Assembly (NCBI GenBank): GCA_963848815.1
Contig: CAWKFY010000031.1
Span: forward strand, 637-64,636
Source of the DNA: an uncultured Chloroflexia bacterium
GTDB lineage: Bacteria > Chloroflexota > Dehalococcoidia > GIF9 > UBA5629
Reading direction: 5' to 3'
DNA length: 64,000 nucleotides
Under the pieces are notes generated by a model. It was not told the origin of the DNA, did not search any database, and saw only the letters and a program-made list of their open reading frames with translations. A program made the translations under genes and the position numbers. Below, piece by piece: positions 1-10,071 of the stretch (position 1 is its first letter; each line of letters starts with the position of its first letter).

Positions 1-753
1 TGCAGCGATCGATGTTATTCCAAGCTCCTGCATAAGCCGCCCGAACTGAGTCAGTTCCCTCTTGCCTTCCAATTGTTCTTCGATCGATTCCTTATCCAGA
101 GGGGATCGTTCGAAAATCCCATGGCGGTCATGGTAGAAGGCCAAGGGTATACCATATTGGGCCACTACCTGCTTTACCAACAAGAAGTAACCCTGGGCAT
201 CTTCCTGGTTCCTGAATAGAGCGCCGGCCACCTTCCCGGTTGCATCATCGATTGCTGCAATCAGGCTCAGCTTTGGGCCTCTGTCCTCAAGCCAGTCGTG
301 AGGGCTGCCGTCGATCTGCAGTAGCATACCTTCTTGAGGATACCGGTCCCTGCGCTTACGATGCTTTGGTGGCCTTCTTCTCCGCGGACTGCGTATTCCA
401 CGCTTTAGAATATCCTTCTCACAGTGGAACGTGATACCTATGATCTTCTCACTTTCCGTCAGCATCTCTGTGAAGTGCTGCTGGTTAAATCCAAAGTACT
501 TCTCTTTCATGAGGGTAACAATCCTGTTGCGCAGGTCATCGCACAGAGTATGAACTGGTTTCCTGCCCCGATTTCCATGTGCCAGGGCTTCCGCAGCCTT
601 CACCCTATACGCCGATCTCAATCTCTTGACATGCCGCTCTGAAAGACCCAGAAGTTCAGCAGCTTCATTTATTCTAAGCTCACCCTTCTCCAACTTATTC
701 AGGATCATTAGTCGTCTTTGTTCCTTTTTGTTCAAAGTCACCTCTTCTCTCAT
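1..753 (-). CDS. IS transposase, N-terminal 251 codons (HTH followed by DDE/rve-type integrase core); ORF open at window edge
   Basis: Minus-strand ATG at 753. Translation MREEVTLNKKEQRRLMILNKLEKGELRINEAAELLGLSERHVKRLRSAYR...LLQIDGSPHDWLEDRGPKLSLIAAIDDATGKV...FYHDRHGIF stays open to position 1, so it is missing from the complete-ORF track. The architecture matches IS481/ISNCY-like transposases (family call from memory, not searched). Confidence 0.75.
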   Translation of the reverse strand, partial: MREEVTLNKKEQRRLMILNKLEKGELRINEAAELLGLSERHVKRLRSAYRVKAAEALAHGNRGRKPVHTLCDDLRNRIVTLMKEKYFGFNQQHFTEMLTESEKIIGITFHCEKDILKRGIRSPRRRRPPKHRKRRDRYPQEGMLLQIDGSPHDWLEDRGPKLSLIAAIDDATGKVAGALFRNQEDAQGYFLLVKQVVAQYGIPLAFYHDRHGIFERSPLDKESIEEQLEGKRELTQFGRLMQELGITSIAA

Positions 754-805
754 AGGGTGACATTTTCACTGAACAATTAAGGGGTGACAAAATCATAGAA
801 CATTA
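1..805 (-). mobile_element. partial insertion sequence (only one end in window; outer boundary approximate)
   Basis: Transposase ORF plus two direct GGGTGACA motifs (755-762 and 782-789) just outside the ATG, plausibly subterminal binding sites. The terminal inverted repeat cannot be defined because the other end lies outside the window. Confidence 0.5.
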
Positions 806-824
806 ACAGACGTTCGCGACGTGA

Positions 825-852
825 TTGACAACATACCACGAATTGTTATAAT
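825..852 (+). promoter_or_regulatory. sigma70-type promoter TTGACA-N16-TATAAT with TG extension
   Basis: TTGACA at 825-830 and TATAAT at 847-852, preceded by TGT. It lies 22 nt upstream of the ATG at 874. Confidence 0.45.
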
Positions 853-873
853 ATTCTTCGGTTTGGCGATAAA

Positions 874-1701
874 ATGCCCTCAAAACAAAAGCCTCCTACA
901 TTAAACTCGGGAATTAGCTTGGGGGAAGCTGCTACCCGATTCCTATCCTCCATTGCTGCAGAACAGACTTCCGCTACTCAGCAGGAAATCTTCAAATTTA
1001 TCCGATGGTACGGCGAAGACCGAAAAATATCCTCCTTGACCGGACAGGAAGTAGCCAATTATACCGAGAACTTCTACGCATCGGGTGCACAATCCGATGA
1101 GCACCTGAAAAAAGTAAAACTGTTCCTGGCCTATGCTCATAAGGTCAAACTAATCGGAACCAATCTTTCGGCTCATATCAAAATTAAGAAGATTGCAACC
1201 AAAGCCACCTCTGCCAGCGCTGCCAAAGCCGATGAGCCGATCATGCTGACCCGCCAGGGACACGAGGAACTTAAAGCCAGGCTGGCGGCACTGAAAGAAC
1301 AGAGGCCCAAGATTGTAGAAGAGCTTCGCAGGGCAGCAGCGGACAAGGATTTCAGAGAAAATGCCCCCCTGGAAGCAGCCAGAGAGAAGCAGGGACACGT
1401 TGAAGGCCAGATACGCCAACTGGAAGATACTCTGAAAAACGCCAAGGTTATCGAATCACCCGCCGATACGGGAATACGGATTACCCTTGGCGATACCGTC
1501 CTTATCTCCGATAAAGCCTCTGGAGAAAAAATTACCTACATGCTGGTAAGCTCCAAAGAAGCCAACATCAAGCTGGGCAAGATCTCTATGGTTTCCCCCA
1601 TGGGACAGGCCCTGTTTAATAAAGAAGTGGGGGATATACTCGATGTAACAGCTCCGTCGGGCATTTTAAGCTTTGAGATCATTGAAATAAAAAGGGATTG
1701 A
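874..1701 (+). CDS. GreA/GreB-family transcription elongation factor with ~120-aa N-terminal extension
   Basis: The C-terminal 150 aa (MLTRQGHEELKARLAALKEQRPKIVEELRRAAADKDFRENAPLEAAREKQGHVEGQIRQLEDTL...ISMVSPMGQALFNKEVGDILDV) has the GreA coiled-coil plus globular-domain pattern. Confidence 0.75.
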   Translation: MPSKQKPPTLNSGISLGEAATRFLSSIAAEQTSATQQEIFKFIRWYGEDRKISSLTGQEVANYTENFYASGAQSDEHLKKVKLFLAYAHKVKLIGTNLSAHIKIKKIATKATSASAAKADEPIMLTRQGHEELKARLAALKEQRPKIVEELRRAAADKDFRENAPLEAAREKQGHVEGQIRQLEDTLKNAKVIESPADTGIRITLGDTVLISDKASGEKITYMLVSSKEANIKLGKISMVSPMGQALFNKEVGDILDVTAPSGILSFEIIEIKRD

Positions 1702-1877
1702 TTAATCAGTCAAATCTTTACTCTATGGCAACTTTAATTATTCAATGTATTAATTTATAATAGTATGGTTTTGGGTTTTGTTCTAATAGACTCCCGGCTC
1801 CATGAGCAAACCCCTCCGCCATCATTGTGATTTGAGATTTATACAGCAAGTAATTAATTTCATATAAAGGAGGTACC

Positions 1878-3062
1878 ATGGATTTTCGATTGACTGACGA
1901 ACAGGTAGCACGCAGAAAAGAAATCTATAAAGTCTGCGAAGAACTGGACAAGAAGAAACCGAAGAGTTGGCTGGGTTTTGAAAGTCCGTTCGACAATGAG
2001 GAAGGATGGGCATTCCATCGTTATTGCGCCAAGGAATTCGCTAAGAGGGGATGGCTTGCCCTCAGCTGGCCCAAGGAATACGGTGGAACCGGGACTATGA
2101 TGGACAAGGTGCTTCTGGCGGAAGCACGCGGTTACTACGATTTGCCCGGCTCCGATATTTTCGGCATTTCTATGCTGGCACCGACTTTGTTGGCGGCCGG
2201 CAGCGAAGAGCTCAAGAAGGAATTCCTGCCTAAAATAGCCAATGCCGAAATCATGTTTTGCGAACTTTGGAGTGAGCCAAATGCAGGCTCCGACCTTGCA
2301 GCCCTCACATCGTCAGCCGTTAAGAAAGGCGATGAGTTCATAGTAAATGGTCAGAAGACCTGGAATACCGGCGCCCATTACGCAGACTGGGCCTTCGGCG
2401 TGTATAAGTCCGATCCAAACGGCAAGAAACATCATAACCTGACTTTCATACTCTGCGATATGAAGAGCAAGGGTATAACGGTAAGAGGTATCCCCTACAT
2501 GAACGGGGCACACGTCTACAACGAGGTTTATCTGGATGACGTCCATATGCCCGCTAAATACGTAGTCGGCCAGGAGAACGAAGGCTGGGCCGTGGTCAAT
2601 GTCCTCGCCGGCTTCGAAAGGTCCAACATCGACATGGTCATGGGCCTGGTACGTGCAGTGGAAGATCTGGTCAAGTTCTGCAACGAGAACAAAAGCGAGG
2701 GCAAACCTTTATCTCACAACCCTATGGTCCGCGCCAAGGTTGCCGATCTTGCACTTTCGGTTGAGGCCGTCCGCACTCTGGCCTACCGTGTTGCCGACCA
2801 GCAGAACAGGAATGAGATGGGTCTGATGGATGCTGCAGCCGTAAAGATATTCGCCAGTGAACTGCTGGAGAAATTCGGGCAGGTATCGTGTGATATTTTG
2901 GGCCCCTACGGACAGGTCAAACAGTCCAAGTTCGCCAAATTGAACGGCGTTCCCGAATATAACTACCAGGCTTGTTTTGTTCCTATAGTATCCATGGGGA
3001 CCAACGAGATTCAGCGCAACATCATTGCCTGGTACGGCCTGGGCCTTCCCAGAATGAAATAA
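1878..3062 (+). CDS. acyl-CoA dehydrogenase family protein
   Basis: 394-aa ORF with an AGGAGG RBS. It shows ACAD-like N, middle and C domain patterns (LWSEPNAGSDLAAL, GQKTWNTGA). Confidence 0.8.
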   Translation: MDFRLTDEQVARRKEIYKVCEELDKKKPKSWLGFESPFDNEEGWAFHRYCAKEFAKRGWLALSWPKEYGGTGTMMDKVLLAEARGYYDLPGSDIFGISMLAPTLLAAGSEELKKEFLPKIANAEIMFCELWSEPNAGSDLAALTSSAVKKGDEFIVNGQKTWNTGAHYADWAFGVYKSDPNGKKHHNLTFILCDMKSKGITVRGIPYMNGAHVYNEVYLDDVHMPAKYVVGQENEGWAVVNVLAGFERSNIDMVMGLVRAVEDLVKFCNENKSEGKPLSHNPMVRAKVADLALSVEAVRTLAYRVADQQNRNEMGLMDAAAVKIFASELLEKFGQVSCDILGPYGQVKQSKFAKLNGVPEYNYQACFVPIVSMGTNEIQRNIIAWYGLGLPRMK

Positions 3063-3091
3063 TTAAAGACATATATCATTAAGGAGGAATA

Positions 3092-4222
3092 ATGGACCTA
3101 CGATTTACTGAACAACAAGAAATACTGAAAAAGTCAGCAAGAGATTTCCTCACTAAAGAATGCCCTAAAGCCAAGGTGAGGGAACTGGAGAAGGACCCTA
3201 AAGGCTATGACCCTGCAATCTGGCAGAAAATGGCAGAACTGGGCTGGCTGGGTTTCAACATTCCAGAAGACTATGAAGGGATGGGCTACTCCTTTGAAGA
3301 CCTAAACATGCATATCGAGGAAGTAGGCAAAAATATACTTCCCGGACCCTATATCAGCACTGTCGTCAATACCTTTGCCATCACCGCTGAAGGCACCGAA
3401 GAACAGAAGAAGGAATTCCTGCCTAAGATATCCAACGGCCAGCTTATACTTACCCTTGCATGGCTCGAGGAGAACGGACAGTATGATCCCTCCGGAATTA
3501 CCCTCAAAGCGGCGCACAAGGGCAATGACTATGTCCTGAACGGTACGAAAATGTTCGTAGACTGCGCACATGTATCCGATTATATGATCGTAGTAGCCAG
3601 GACCAAGGACGGAGCCGGCGAGGATGGAGTCACCCTTCTCCTGGTCGATTCCAAATCAGCAGGCATCAAAACCGAGGTAATTCCTACTATCGCATCAGAC
3701 CATCTATGCCAGGTGGTATTTAAAGACGTGGCAGTGCCGGCCAAGAACGTACTCGGAAAGGTCGACAAGGGCTGGGCCACACTTCAAATGCTCATCCGCA
3801 AAGGCTCTATCCTGAAGTCAGCGGAATCGCTCGGTGGACTGCAGGCAGTGGTCGATATGACCGTTGCTTATTCCAAAGAGCGTGTGCAGTATGACAGGCC
3901 GATCGGAGCCTTCCAGGCACTGCAGCACAAGATGTCCGATATGTGGATAGCCATGGGCACCTGCAAATACCTTCTCTACGAAGCTGCCTGGATGGAAACC
4001 GAGGGCATGCCCAATACCAAAGAAGCATCCATGACTAAAGCCTATATCAATGAGGCTTATAAACTGGTAAGCGCACTGGGCGTAAAGCTTCATGGTGGTA
4101 TCGGCACCAGTTCCGATCACGATGTTCCTCTGTATTATCGCCGGGCCAAGGCAGCCGACACTGTTTACGGCAGCACCGATTATCACAGGGAAATGGTTGC
4201 ACAGCAAATAGGCCTTAAATAG
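3092..4222 (+). CDS. acyl-CoA dehydrogenase family protein
   Basis: 376-aa ORF with an AAGGAGG RBS, adjacent to a paralogous ACAD. C-terminal ACAD helices are visible (QALQHKMSDM, GGIGTSSDHDVPLYYRRAK). Confidence 0.8.
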   Translation: MDLRFTEQQEILKKSARDFLTKECPKAKVRELEKDPKGYDPAIWQKMAELGWLGFNIPEDYEGMGYSFEDLNMHIEEVGKNILPGPYISTVVNTFAITAEGTEEQKKEFLPKISNGQLILTLAWLEENGQYDPSGITLKAAHKGNDYVLNGTKMFVDCAHVSDYMIVVARTKDGAGEDGVTLLLVDSKSAGIKTEVIPTIASDHLCQVVFKDVAVPAKNVLGKVDKGWATLQMLIRKGSILKSAESLGGLQAVVDMTVAYSKERVQYDRPIGAFQALQHKMSDMWIAMGTCKYLLYEAAWMETEGMPNTKEASMTKAYINEAYKLVSALGVKLHGGIGTSSDHDVPLYYRRAKAADTVYGSTDYHREMVAQQIGLK

Positions 4223-4242
4223 ATATTCCTTAGAATCAGCAA

Positions 4243-4280
4243 AAATCCCCTGCCTTGAACAAGGCAGGGGATTTTTAATT
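4243..4280 (+). terminator. rho-independent terminator after the ACAD pair
   Basis: Perfect 14-bp stem AAATCCCCTGCCTT / AAGGCAGGGGATTT with a GAAC loop, followed by a T-rich tract. Confidence 0.8.
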
Positions 4281-4296
4281 TCTCCATTCATTCGAA

Positions 4297-4326
4297 TTGC
4301 TCTCATACTGATAATTGTGTTATACT
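4297..4326 (+). promoter_or_regulatory. candidate promoter for rpsB-tsf (TTGCTC-N18-TATACT, TG-extended)
   Basis: TTGCTC at 4297-4302 and TATACT at 4321-4326, preceded by TGT. Confidence 0.35.
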
Positions 4327-4379
4327 TCCCAGCGGTTTTGAATAAGCAGTTCGCTCTTGTTTCAGGAGGTTAATTAATT

Positions 4380-5129
4380 TTGGCAGATACAATTACCGTC
4401 AAGCAGCTCTTGGAAGCCGGCGCCCATTTCGGCCACCAGACCGGGCATTGGCATCCCAAAATGAAGAATTATATTTTTACCCAGAGAAATGGAATTCATA
4501 TAATCGATCTGGAGCAGACCGTTACCCTGCTGAATAAAGCATGCGCATTCGTAAGTGAGATGGTCGGCAACGGACAATCGATACTGTTCGTAGGCACCAA
4601 GAAACAGGCGCAGGACATAGTTGAAGAAGAGGCCAAACGTTGCGGCATGTTTTATGTCAATCAACGCTGGCTGGGCGGCATGCTTACCAATTTCAATACA
4701 ATACAGGGTAGAATAGATTATCTGGTCAGATTGGAAGATAAGAAATCACGCGGAGACCTCGACTATCTTTCCAAGAAGGACAAACTCAAGGTAGAAAAAG
4801 AGATGGCCAAGCTTAACAAGCTGATGGGCGGATTCAAAGAAATGACCACTCTGCCCGGCGCATTATTTATTATCGACCCCACCAAGGAAAAAATTGCCCT
4901 CAGTGAAGCTCAAAAAGTGGGAGTCAAGATAGTTGCCACAGTGGATACTAACTGCAACCCGGATGGAATTGATTATGTAATACCGGCCAATGACGATGCC
5001 ATAAAAGCCATAAAGGTTATTTGCTCTCACATCGCAAGTGCCGTACTCGAAGGCAAAATGCTGGCGGAAGCCGGAGAAACCAAGGGGCCAGAGGCAGCGG
5101 AACCCGAACCAACCGAACCCGCAGACTAG
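4380..5129 (+). CDS. rpsB: 30S ribosomal protein S2
   Basis: TTG start after an AGGAGG RBS. Sequence MADTITVKQLLEAGAHFGHQTGHWHPKM... is a canonical S2 N-terminus. Confidence 0.95.
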   Translation: MADTITVKQLLEAGAHFGHQTGHWHPKMKNYIFTQRNGIHIIDLEQTVTLLNKACAFVSEMVGNGQSILFVGTKKQAQDIVEEEAKRCGMFYVNQRWLGGMLTNFNTIQGRIDYLVRLEDKKSRGDLDYLSKKDKLKVEKEMAKLNKLMGGFKEMTTLPGALFIIDPTKEKIALSEAQKVGVKIVATVDTNCNPDGIDYVIPANDDAIKAIKVICSHIASAVLEGKMLAEAGETKGPEAAEPEPTEPAD

Positions 5130-5196
5130 TAAATCCGCCCGGCCTGTATGTTTCATCGTCCTGACCGTACTTTTTTAATCCCAAAGGAGGACTAGA

Positions 5197-5694
5197 TTGG
5201 AAATTTCAGCCGACAAAGTTAAAGAACTACGCCAGAAGACTGGCGCTGGTGTGATGGATTGTAAAAAGGCCCTTACCGATGCTGCAGGAAACTTCGAAAA
5301 AGCCTGCGAAATCATTGCCGAGCGAGGGCTGGCCATTGCCAAGAAAAAGTCAGAAAGGACAGCTGAACAGGGTGTAGTAGAATGCTACGTCCATACCGGC
5401 AGCCACCTCGGAGTAATGGTAGAGGTCAACTGCGAGACCGATTTCGTCGCAAGGACACCCGAATTCAAAGAGTTGGCCCATAATATCGCTCTGCAGATAT
5501 CGGCGATGGCGCCGCAGTACGTTGCTGCGAGCGAAGCACCGGCCGACGTTGATGCGGCATCAGTTTGCCTTCTCTTACAACCATTTATTAAAGACCCCGC
5601 AAAAACCATACAGGATGTTATAACCGAGACAATAGCTAAGACTGGTGAGAACATAAAAGTACGCAGGTTCGTACGTTTTGAACTGGGTTATTAG
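5197..5694 (+). CDS. tsf: translation elongation factor Ts (short form, 165 aa)
   Basis: TTG start after AAGGAGG. The UBA-like N-terminus [20 protein letters not shown] and the motif CETDFVA are present. It sits directly after rpsB. Confidence 0.9.
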   Translation: MEISADKVKELRQKTGAGVMDCKKALTDAAGNFEKACEIIAERGLAIAKKKSERTAEQGVVECYVHTGSHLGVMVEVNCETDFVARTPEFKELAHNIALQISAMAPQYVAASEAPADVDAASVCLLLQPFIKDPAKTIQDVITETIAKTGENIKVRRFVRFELGY

Positions 5695-5696
5695 AT

Positions 5697-6443
5697 TTGT
5701 CTACGCGAAAGGCGAAATTTAAAAGGGTCTTATTAAAACTAAGCGGGGAAGCCCTGATGGGCGATAACAGCTTTGGCATAGACCCCCGCGTGCTCGACTC
5801 CATCGCCAAACAAATCAAGTCCGTTCTTGTCCATGATGTCGAAGTTGCCATAGTTGTAGGCGGAGGCAACTTCTGGCGCGGCTCCACTGCTGAAGCTGCA
5901 GGCATGGATCGTGCTACAGCCGATTACGCAGGCATGTTGGCTACCATCATAAATGCTCTGGCACTGCAGGATGCACTCGAAAATAATGGTGTCGTGAGCA
6001 GGACGCAATCGGCCATAACGGTCCAGGCCATCGCCGAACCTCATATCCGTCGCAGAGCAATGCGTCACCTCGAGAAAAAAAGGGTGGTCATCTTTGCGGG
6101 CGGCACCGGCAATCCCTATATGACCACCGACACTGCCGCCGCTCTCCGCGCCATCGAAATAAACGCAGATGTGTTGCTGGTGGCCAAGAACAAGGTGGAT
6201 GGCATTTATGATTCCGATCCCAGAAAGAACAGGAATGCCAAGAAATACGATCAGATCACACACAGAGAAGCCTTAAACCAGCAACTCGAAGTTATGGATA
6301 TTACAGCTTTTTCACTATGCCAGCAAAATAAATTGCGAATTATAGTTTTCGATTTACGAGCTAAAGACAGCATACTAAGGGTCATCATGGGGGAAAATAT
6401 CGGGACTCAGGTAGTCAGTGAGAAGAGTGAGAAGAGGAAATGA
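5697..6443 (+). CDS. pyrH: UMP kinase
   Basis: TTG start. Motifs [13 protein letters not shown] and [10 protein letters not shown] are present, in the conserved tsf-pyrH-frr order. Confidence 0.92.
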   Translation: MSTRKAKFKRVLLKLSGEALMGDNSFGIDPRVLDSIAKQIKSVLVHDVEVAIVVGGGNFWRGSTAEAAGMDRATADYAGMLATIINALALQDALENNGVVSRTQSAITVQAIAEPHIRRRAMRHLEKKRVVIFAGGTGNPYMTTDTAAALRAIEINADVLLVAKNKVDGIYDSDPRKNRNAKKYDQITHREALNQQLEVMDITAFSLCQQNKLRIIVFDLRAKDSILRVIMGENIGTQVVSEKSEKRK

Positions 6444-6997
6444 CTGAGAAAATTTTAAAAAATGCTGATATTAAGATGCGCAAGGCTATAGAAGCTCTGG
6501 TTAAAGAGCTGGCCGGTATCCGTACAGGCCGTGCCTCACCTGCCCTGGTCGAACATATAAAGGTCGATTACCACGGTGTCCTCACCCCGCTTATTCAGTT
6601 AGCTTCCATTGCAGTGCCTGAACCAAAGACCATAGCCATACATCCCTGGGACAGAAGTATTATTAATAATATAGATAAAGCTATCCTTAAATCGGACCTG
6701 GGGCTAAATCCGATCAACGACGGCACGACGATCAGGATCTCAATTCCACCGCTGACTGAGGAGAGACGCAAAGACCTGGTTAAAATAGTCCACAAACGAC
6801 TGGAGGAATCGCGTGTATCTATTCGCAATATGCGCAGGGAGGTAGTTGACGAACTCAAGTCTTCTGAGAAAAACAAAGAGATATCCCAGGATCAGAATAT
6901 CAGGGCCTCCGAACAGTTGCAGAAATTGACGGACAGTCATATAGATTCGATCAATAAAATCGGCAAGGACAAGGAAGCAGAGATACTCGAAGCCTGA
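6440..6997 (+). CDS. frr: ribosome recycling factor
   Basis: 185 aa with ATGA overlap with pyrH. The sequence [23 protein letters not shown] is typical of RRF. Confidence 0.92.
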   Translation: MTEKILKNADIKMRKAIEALVKELAGIRTGRASPALVEHIKVDYHGVLTPLIQLASIAVPEPKTIAIHPWDRSIINNIDKAILKSDLGLNPINDGTTIRISIPPLTEERRKDLVKIVHKRLEESRVSIRNMRREVVDELKSSEKNKEISQDQNIRASEQLQKLTDSHIDSINKIGKDKEAEILEA

Positions 6998-7097
6998 CTA
7001 AGGCCGCCGATCTGTTATTTTAACCCGCCGGCTTGGTGCGGAAGGTTCATTGATATCCGGGCAGGATCATTATAGTTCCAGGTGTATTTGAAAAGCG

Positions 7098-7910
7098 ATG
7101 TTAATTAAACGGCTGATTACCGGTTTTGCAATTGCTTTATTCATAGGCCTAATCATATGGGCGGGAGAACCCTGGTTCACTATCGCCACCTGTCTGATAG
7201 CAGCTCTGGCCGCTTTCGAATTCTACAGAATAGTAAAAAATGAGCATATCCAGCCCTTAACTTATTTGGGTATAGTCTTTTCGGTGCTCTTTGTCGCCAG
7301 TGCCCACAGCCCTTTACCCGCCACCTGCAATTTGCTTTTCGTCCTCTTAACCTTAATTCCCTTGATCTGGTTATTATTCCCGCGTAACAAGGATCATTCG
7401 TTCATTAATTGGGGATGGACGGCTGCGGGTGTGCTCTATACGGGATGGCTCCTATCGTTTTACATATTGATCCGGAATATGGATAACGGCATGGGGTGGG
7501 TCTACCTTGTGCTCTCCTGTACAGCCCTCAGCGATGTATTTGCCTATATTGTAGGCAGTAACTTCGGTAAGCACGCCCTGGCGTCCTCTATCAGCCCCGG
7601 CAAGACCTGGGAAGGCGCTGCCGGCGGCCTGGCCGCGGCCATAGTTACGTCGATTTTTATAAGCCTGCTATTTAAGCTTCCCCTGGACTACTGGCAAATG
7701 GTTCTGGCAGGTATCATCATCGGGATATTCTCGTTAATCGGAGACCTGGTCGAATCCCTCTTAAAAAGAAATATGAAAGCTAAAGATACGGGGCGTTTAC
7801 TCCCCGGGCACGGCGGTATTCTCGATAGGATCGACAGCCACTTGCTTATCGCACCTGTGGCCTACTACCTGATTGTCCTGGTAAATAATCAGGGTTGGCC
7901 GCTGAAATAG
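7098..7910 (+). CDS. cdsA: phosphatidate cytidylyltransferase
   Basis: 270-aa polytopic membrane ORF with the C-terminal CTP-transferase signature GKTWEGAAGG...GDLVESLLKR..KDTG.LLPGHGGILDRIDS. Confidence 0.88.
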   Translation: MLIKRLITGFAIALFIGLIIWAGEPWFTIATCLIAALAAFEFYRIVKNEHIQPLTYLGIVFSVLFVASAHSPLPATCNLLFVLLTLIPLIWLLFPRNKDHSFINWGWTAAGVLYTGWLLSFYILIRNMDNGMGWVYLVLSCTALSDVFAYIVGSNFGKHALASSISPGKTWEGAAGGLAAAIVTSIFISLLFKLPLDYWQMVLAGIIIGIFSLIGDLVESLLKRNMKAKDTGRLLPGHGGILDRIDSHLLIAPVAYYLIVLVNNQGWPLK

Positions 7911-7974
7911 TCCCTCCCTCATAAGGGTTTGGAACCCGAGCAGCCAACCCTGTCTATGTATCTAAACTATTAAA

Positions 7975-9144
7975 TTAGAGTGTGATGTTGCCTTTTTTCA
8001 GGGTCTCGGTGGGCTCGAACCATTTGATGCCGGTCTTCTTGGCGATTCCAGAGCACTTTTCAGCAACCTTGTCCCACCCCATGCCTTTAGCCAGTGCGAA
8101 GGGGCCGAATATTCCTCCGCCGCCGTTGACCATCGCCAGATCGATCTCAGCTGCGCTCTTGGCAACGCCTGATTCCAACAGCTTCGTGCCTTCGTTGACC
8201 TGCAGACAGATTATGTCCATGGGATCGAAATTGGGATCAGCTTTGGTTACATCGATGGTGGGTCGGTTGCCGCCGGGCCACTCATAGATGCCTTTGTTGG
8301 TCTTCTTACCCAGATGGCCCTCTTTGTTCAGTTTCTCAATCCAAGGCATCGGCTTGAAATCAGCTGAAAGCATCTTGGCGAAATATTCCATACTGTGAAG
8401 TGCCACGTCCAGGCCTGCAAAGTCCATGATCTCGTAGGGGCCCATGGGTGCGCCGATCGACTTGACCTTGGCGTCGAGGGCCTCGGGGTTGGCGCCCTTG
8501 TCGAGCAGGTAGGACATATAGAGGCCCGCCGGCGCGCCGAGCCTGTTGTAGATGAATCCCGGGGTGTCCTTTTCCACGCGGATGCCGATCATGCCGCCGC
8601 GGAAGTTCGTCCATTTGGCGACCAGTGCAGCGCAGACATCCATCGTCTCGGCCGAGGTCTTGTCGCCCTTGATAATCTCGACCAGTTTCATCATTACCGC
8701 GGGATTGAAGAAGTGAATGCCGACAACCTTGTCCGGCCTTTTAGTAGCTTCACCTATTTTGGTGATACTCATATTCGAAGTGTTCGAAGCGAGAATGGCA
8801 TGCTTTGGAGCAGCCTCATCCATTTCCTTGAAAATCTTCTGCTTGAGGTCCAGAATTTCCGGAGCAGCCTCGATCGCAAAGTCAGCGTCTTTTACAGCAT
8901 CTTTCAATACTGTAAAACCCTTTATGCCGCCTACGGCCTTGTCCATTGCTTCCTGGGTCATTTTCTGCTTGGATACCTGTTTCATCAAGCTGTCCTTTAG
9001 CTTGCCCAAACCTTTATCGACAAACTCCTGCTTGATATCGTACAGGTTAACCTTGTAACCTGACATGGCGAGCACCTCAGCAATGCCGTGGCCCATGTCG
9101 CCGGCGCCTATCATGGCGATAGTCTTGATGTCCTCAACCTTCAT
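7975..9144 (-). CDS. 3-hydroxyacyl-CoA dehydrogenase (NAD-binding)
   Basis: 389 aa. It has the Rossmann motif IAMIGAGDMGHGIA, the HFFNPA motif and the C-terminal 3HCDH domain. Confidence 0.85.
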   Translation of the reverse strand: MKVEDIKTIAMIGAGDMGHGIAEVLAMSGYKVNLYDIKQEFVDKGLGKLKDSLMKQVSKQKMTQEAMDKAVGGIKGFTVLKDAVKDADFAIEAAPEILDLKQKIFKEMDEAAPKHAILASNTSNMSITKIGEATKRPDKVVGIHFFNPAVMMKLVEIIKGDKTSAETMDVCAALVAKWTNFRGGMIGIRVEKDTPGFIYNRLGAPAGLYMSYLLDKGANPEALDAKVKSIGAPMGPYEIMDFAGLDVALHSMEYFAKMLSADFKPMPWIEKLNKEGHLGKKTNKGIYEWPGGNRPTIDVTKADPNFDPMDIICLQVNEGTKLLESGVAKSAAEIDLAMVNGGGGIFGPFALAKGMGWDKVAEKCSGIAKKTGIKWFEPTETLKKGNITL

Positions 9145-9168
9145 TGCTCAAACTCCTTTAATTTATAT

Positions 9169-9945
9169 TTATTCGCCTGTGAATTTAGCTTCCCTTTTCT
9201 CCATAAATGCCATCATGCCTTCCATAGCATCTTTGGAACTGCCAACGAGCGCGGAGCCCGCCAGTTCGATCTCTATGCCCGCGGCCATATTGGTGTCCGG
9301 GCCCAGTATTATCGCGTTAAGTATCGACTTAAGCGCCAGCGGAGCCCTCTTCGAGAGAGCTGTGGCAATTACTTTAGCATCATTCAGTACTTCGCCCGGC
9401 TTGGAAACTTTGTTGATCAGACCCCAATCATATGCTTCTTTGGCATTCAGCCTTTTACCCAGCAGCGCCACTTCCAATGCACGTGTCCGGCCGATCAGCC
9501 TGGGCAGCCTCTGTGTGCCGCCCCAGCCCGGAATAATACCGAGGTTGATCTCGGGCAGGCCCAGCACTGCCTTCTCTGCGTCAACCATCACACGGAAATG
9601 GCAGGCGAGCGCCAGCTCGAACCCACCTCCCAGTGCGAAGCCATTAATTGCAGCGATCACCGGTTTGGGGAATCTCTCAATTCTGCTGTAAGTGATATGC
9701 CCGAAGCGAGGCATCCATACATTCATAGGATCGGCAAAGCTTTTAACATCAAAACCCGCCGAAAATGCAGTTTCGCCGCTGCCGGTTATAATGAGCGCGC
9801 GTATATCCTTATCTTTTTCGACTTCGGTTAATGCTTTGCTCAGATTGTCGACTGCAGCATAATTGAACGGATGAGCGGGGGGACGGTTCAAAGTGATAAT
9901 ACCAACCATGCCTTCTTTGTCTAATATCAATGTATCGTAAGCCAT
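9169..9945 (-). CDS. enoyl-CoA hydratase/isomerase (crotonase family)
   Basis: 258 aa. Crotonase motifs are present: ITGSGETAFSAGFDV and AAINGFALGGGFELALACH. Confidence 0.88.
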   Translation of the reverse strand: MAYDTLILDKEGMVGIITLNRPPAHPFNYAAVDNLSKALTEVEKDKDIRALIITGSGETAFSAGFDVKSFADPMNVWMPRFGHITYSRIERFPKPVIAAINGFALGGGFELALACHFRVMVDAEKAVLGLPEINLGIIPGWGGTQRLPRLIGRTRALEVALLGKRLNAKEAYDWGLINKVSKPGEVLNDAKVIATALSKRAPLALKSILNAIILGPDTNMAAGIEIELAGSALVGSSKDAMEGMMAFMEKREAKFTGE

Positions 9946-10071
9946 AGATACCTCCTTACGTGTTTAATTTTCGCACAACATTATAACCCAATCGTCAAAT
10001 CTTTGGTACGGCACTATTATACATGAGTGTGAGATATGATGTAACATTATATTGTTTTATCGGGTAAATAT

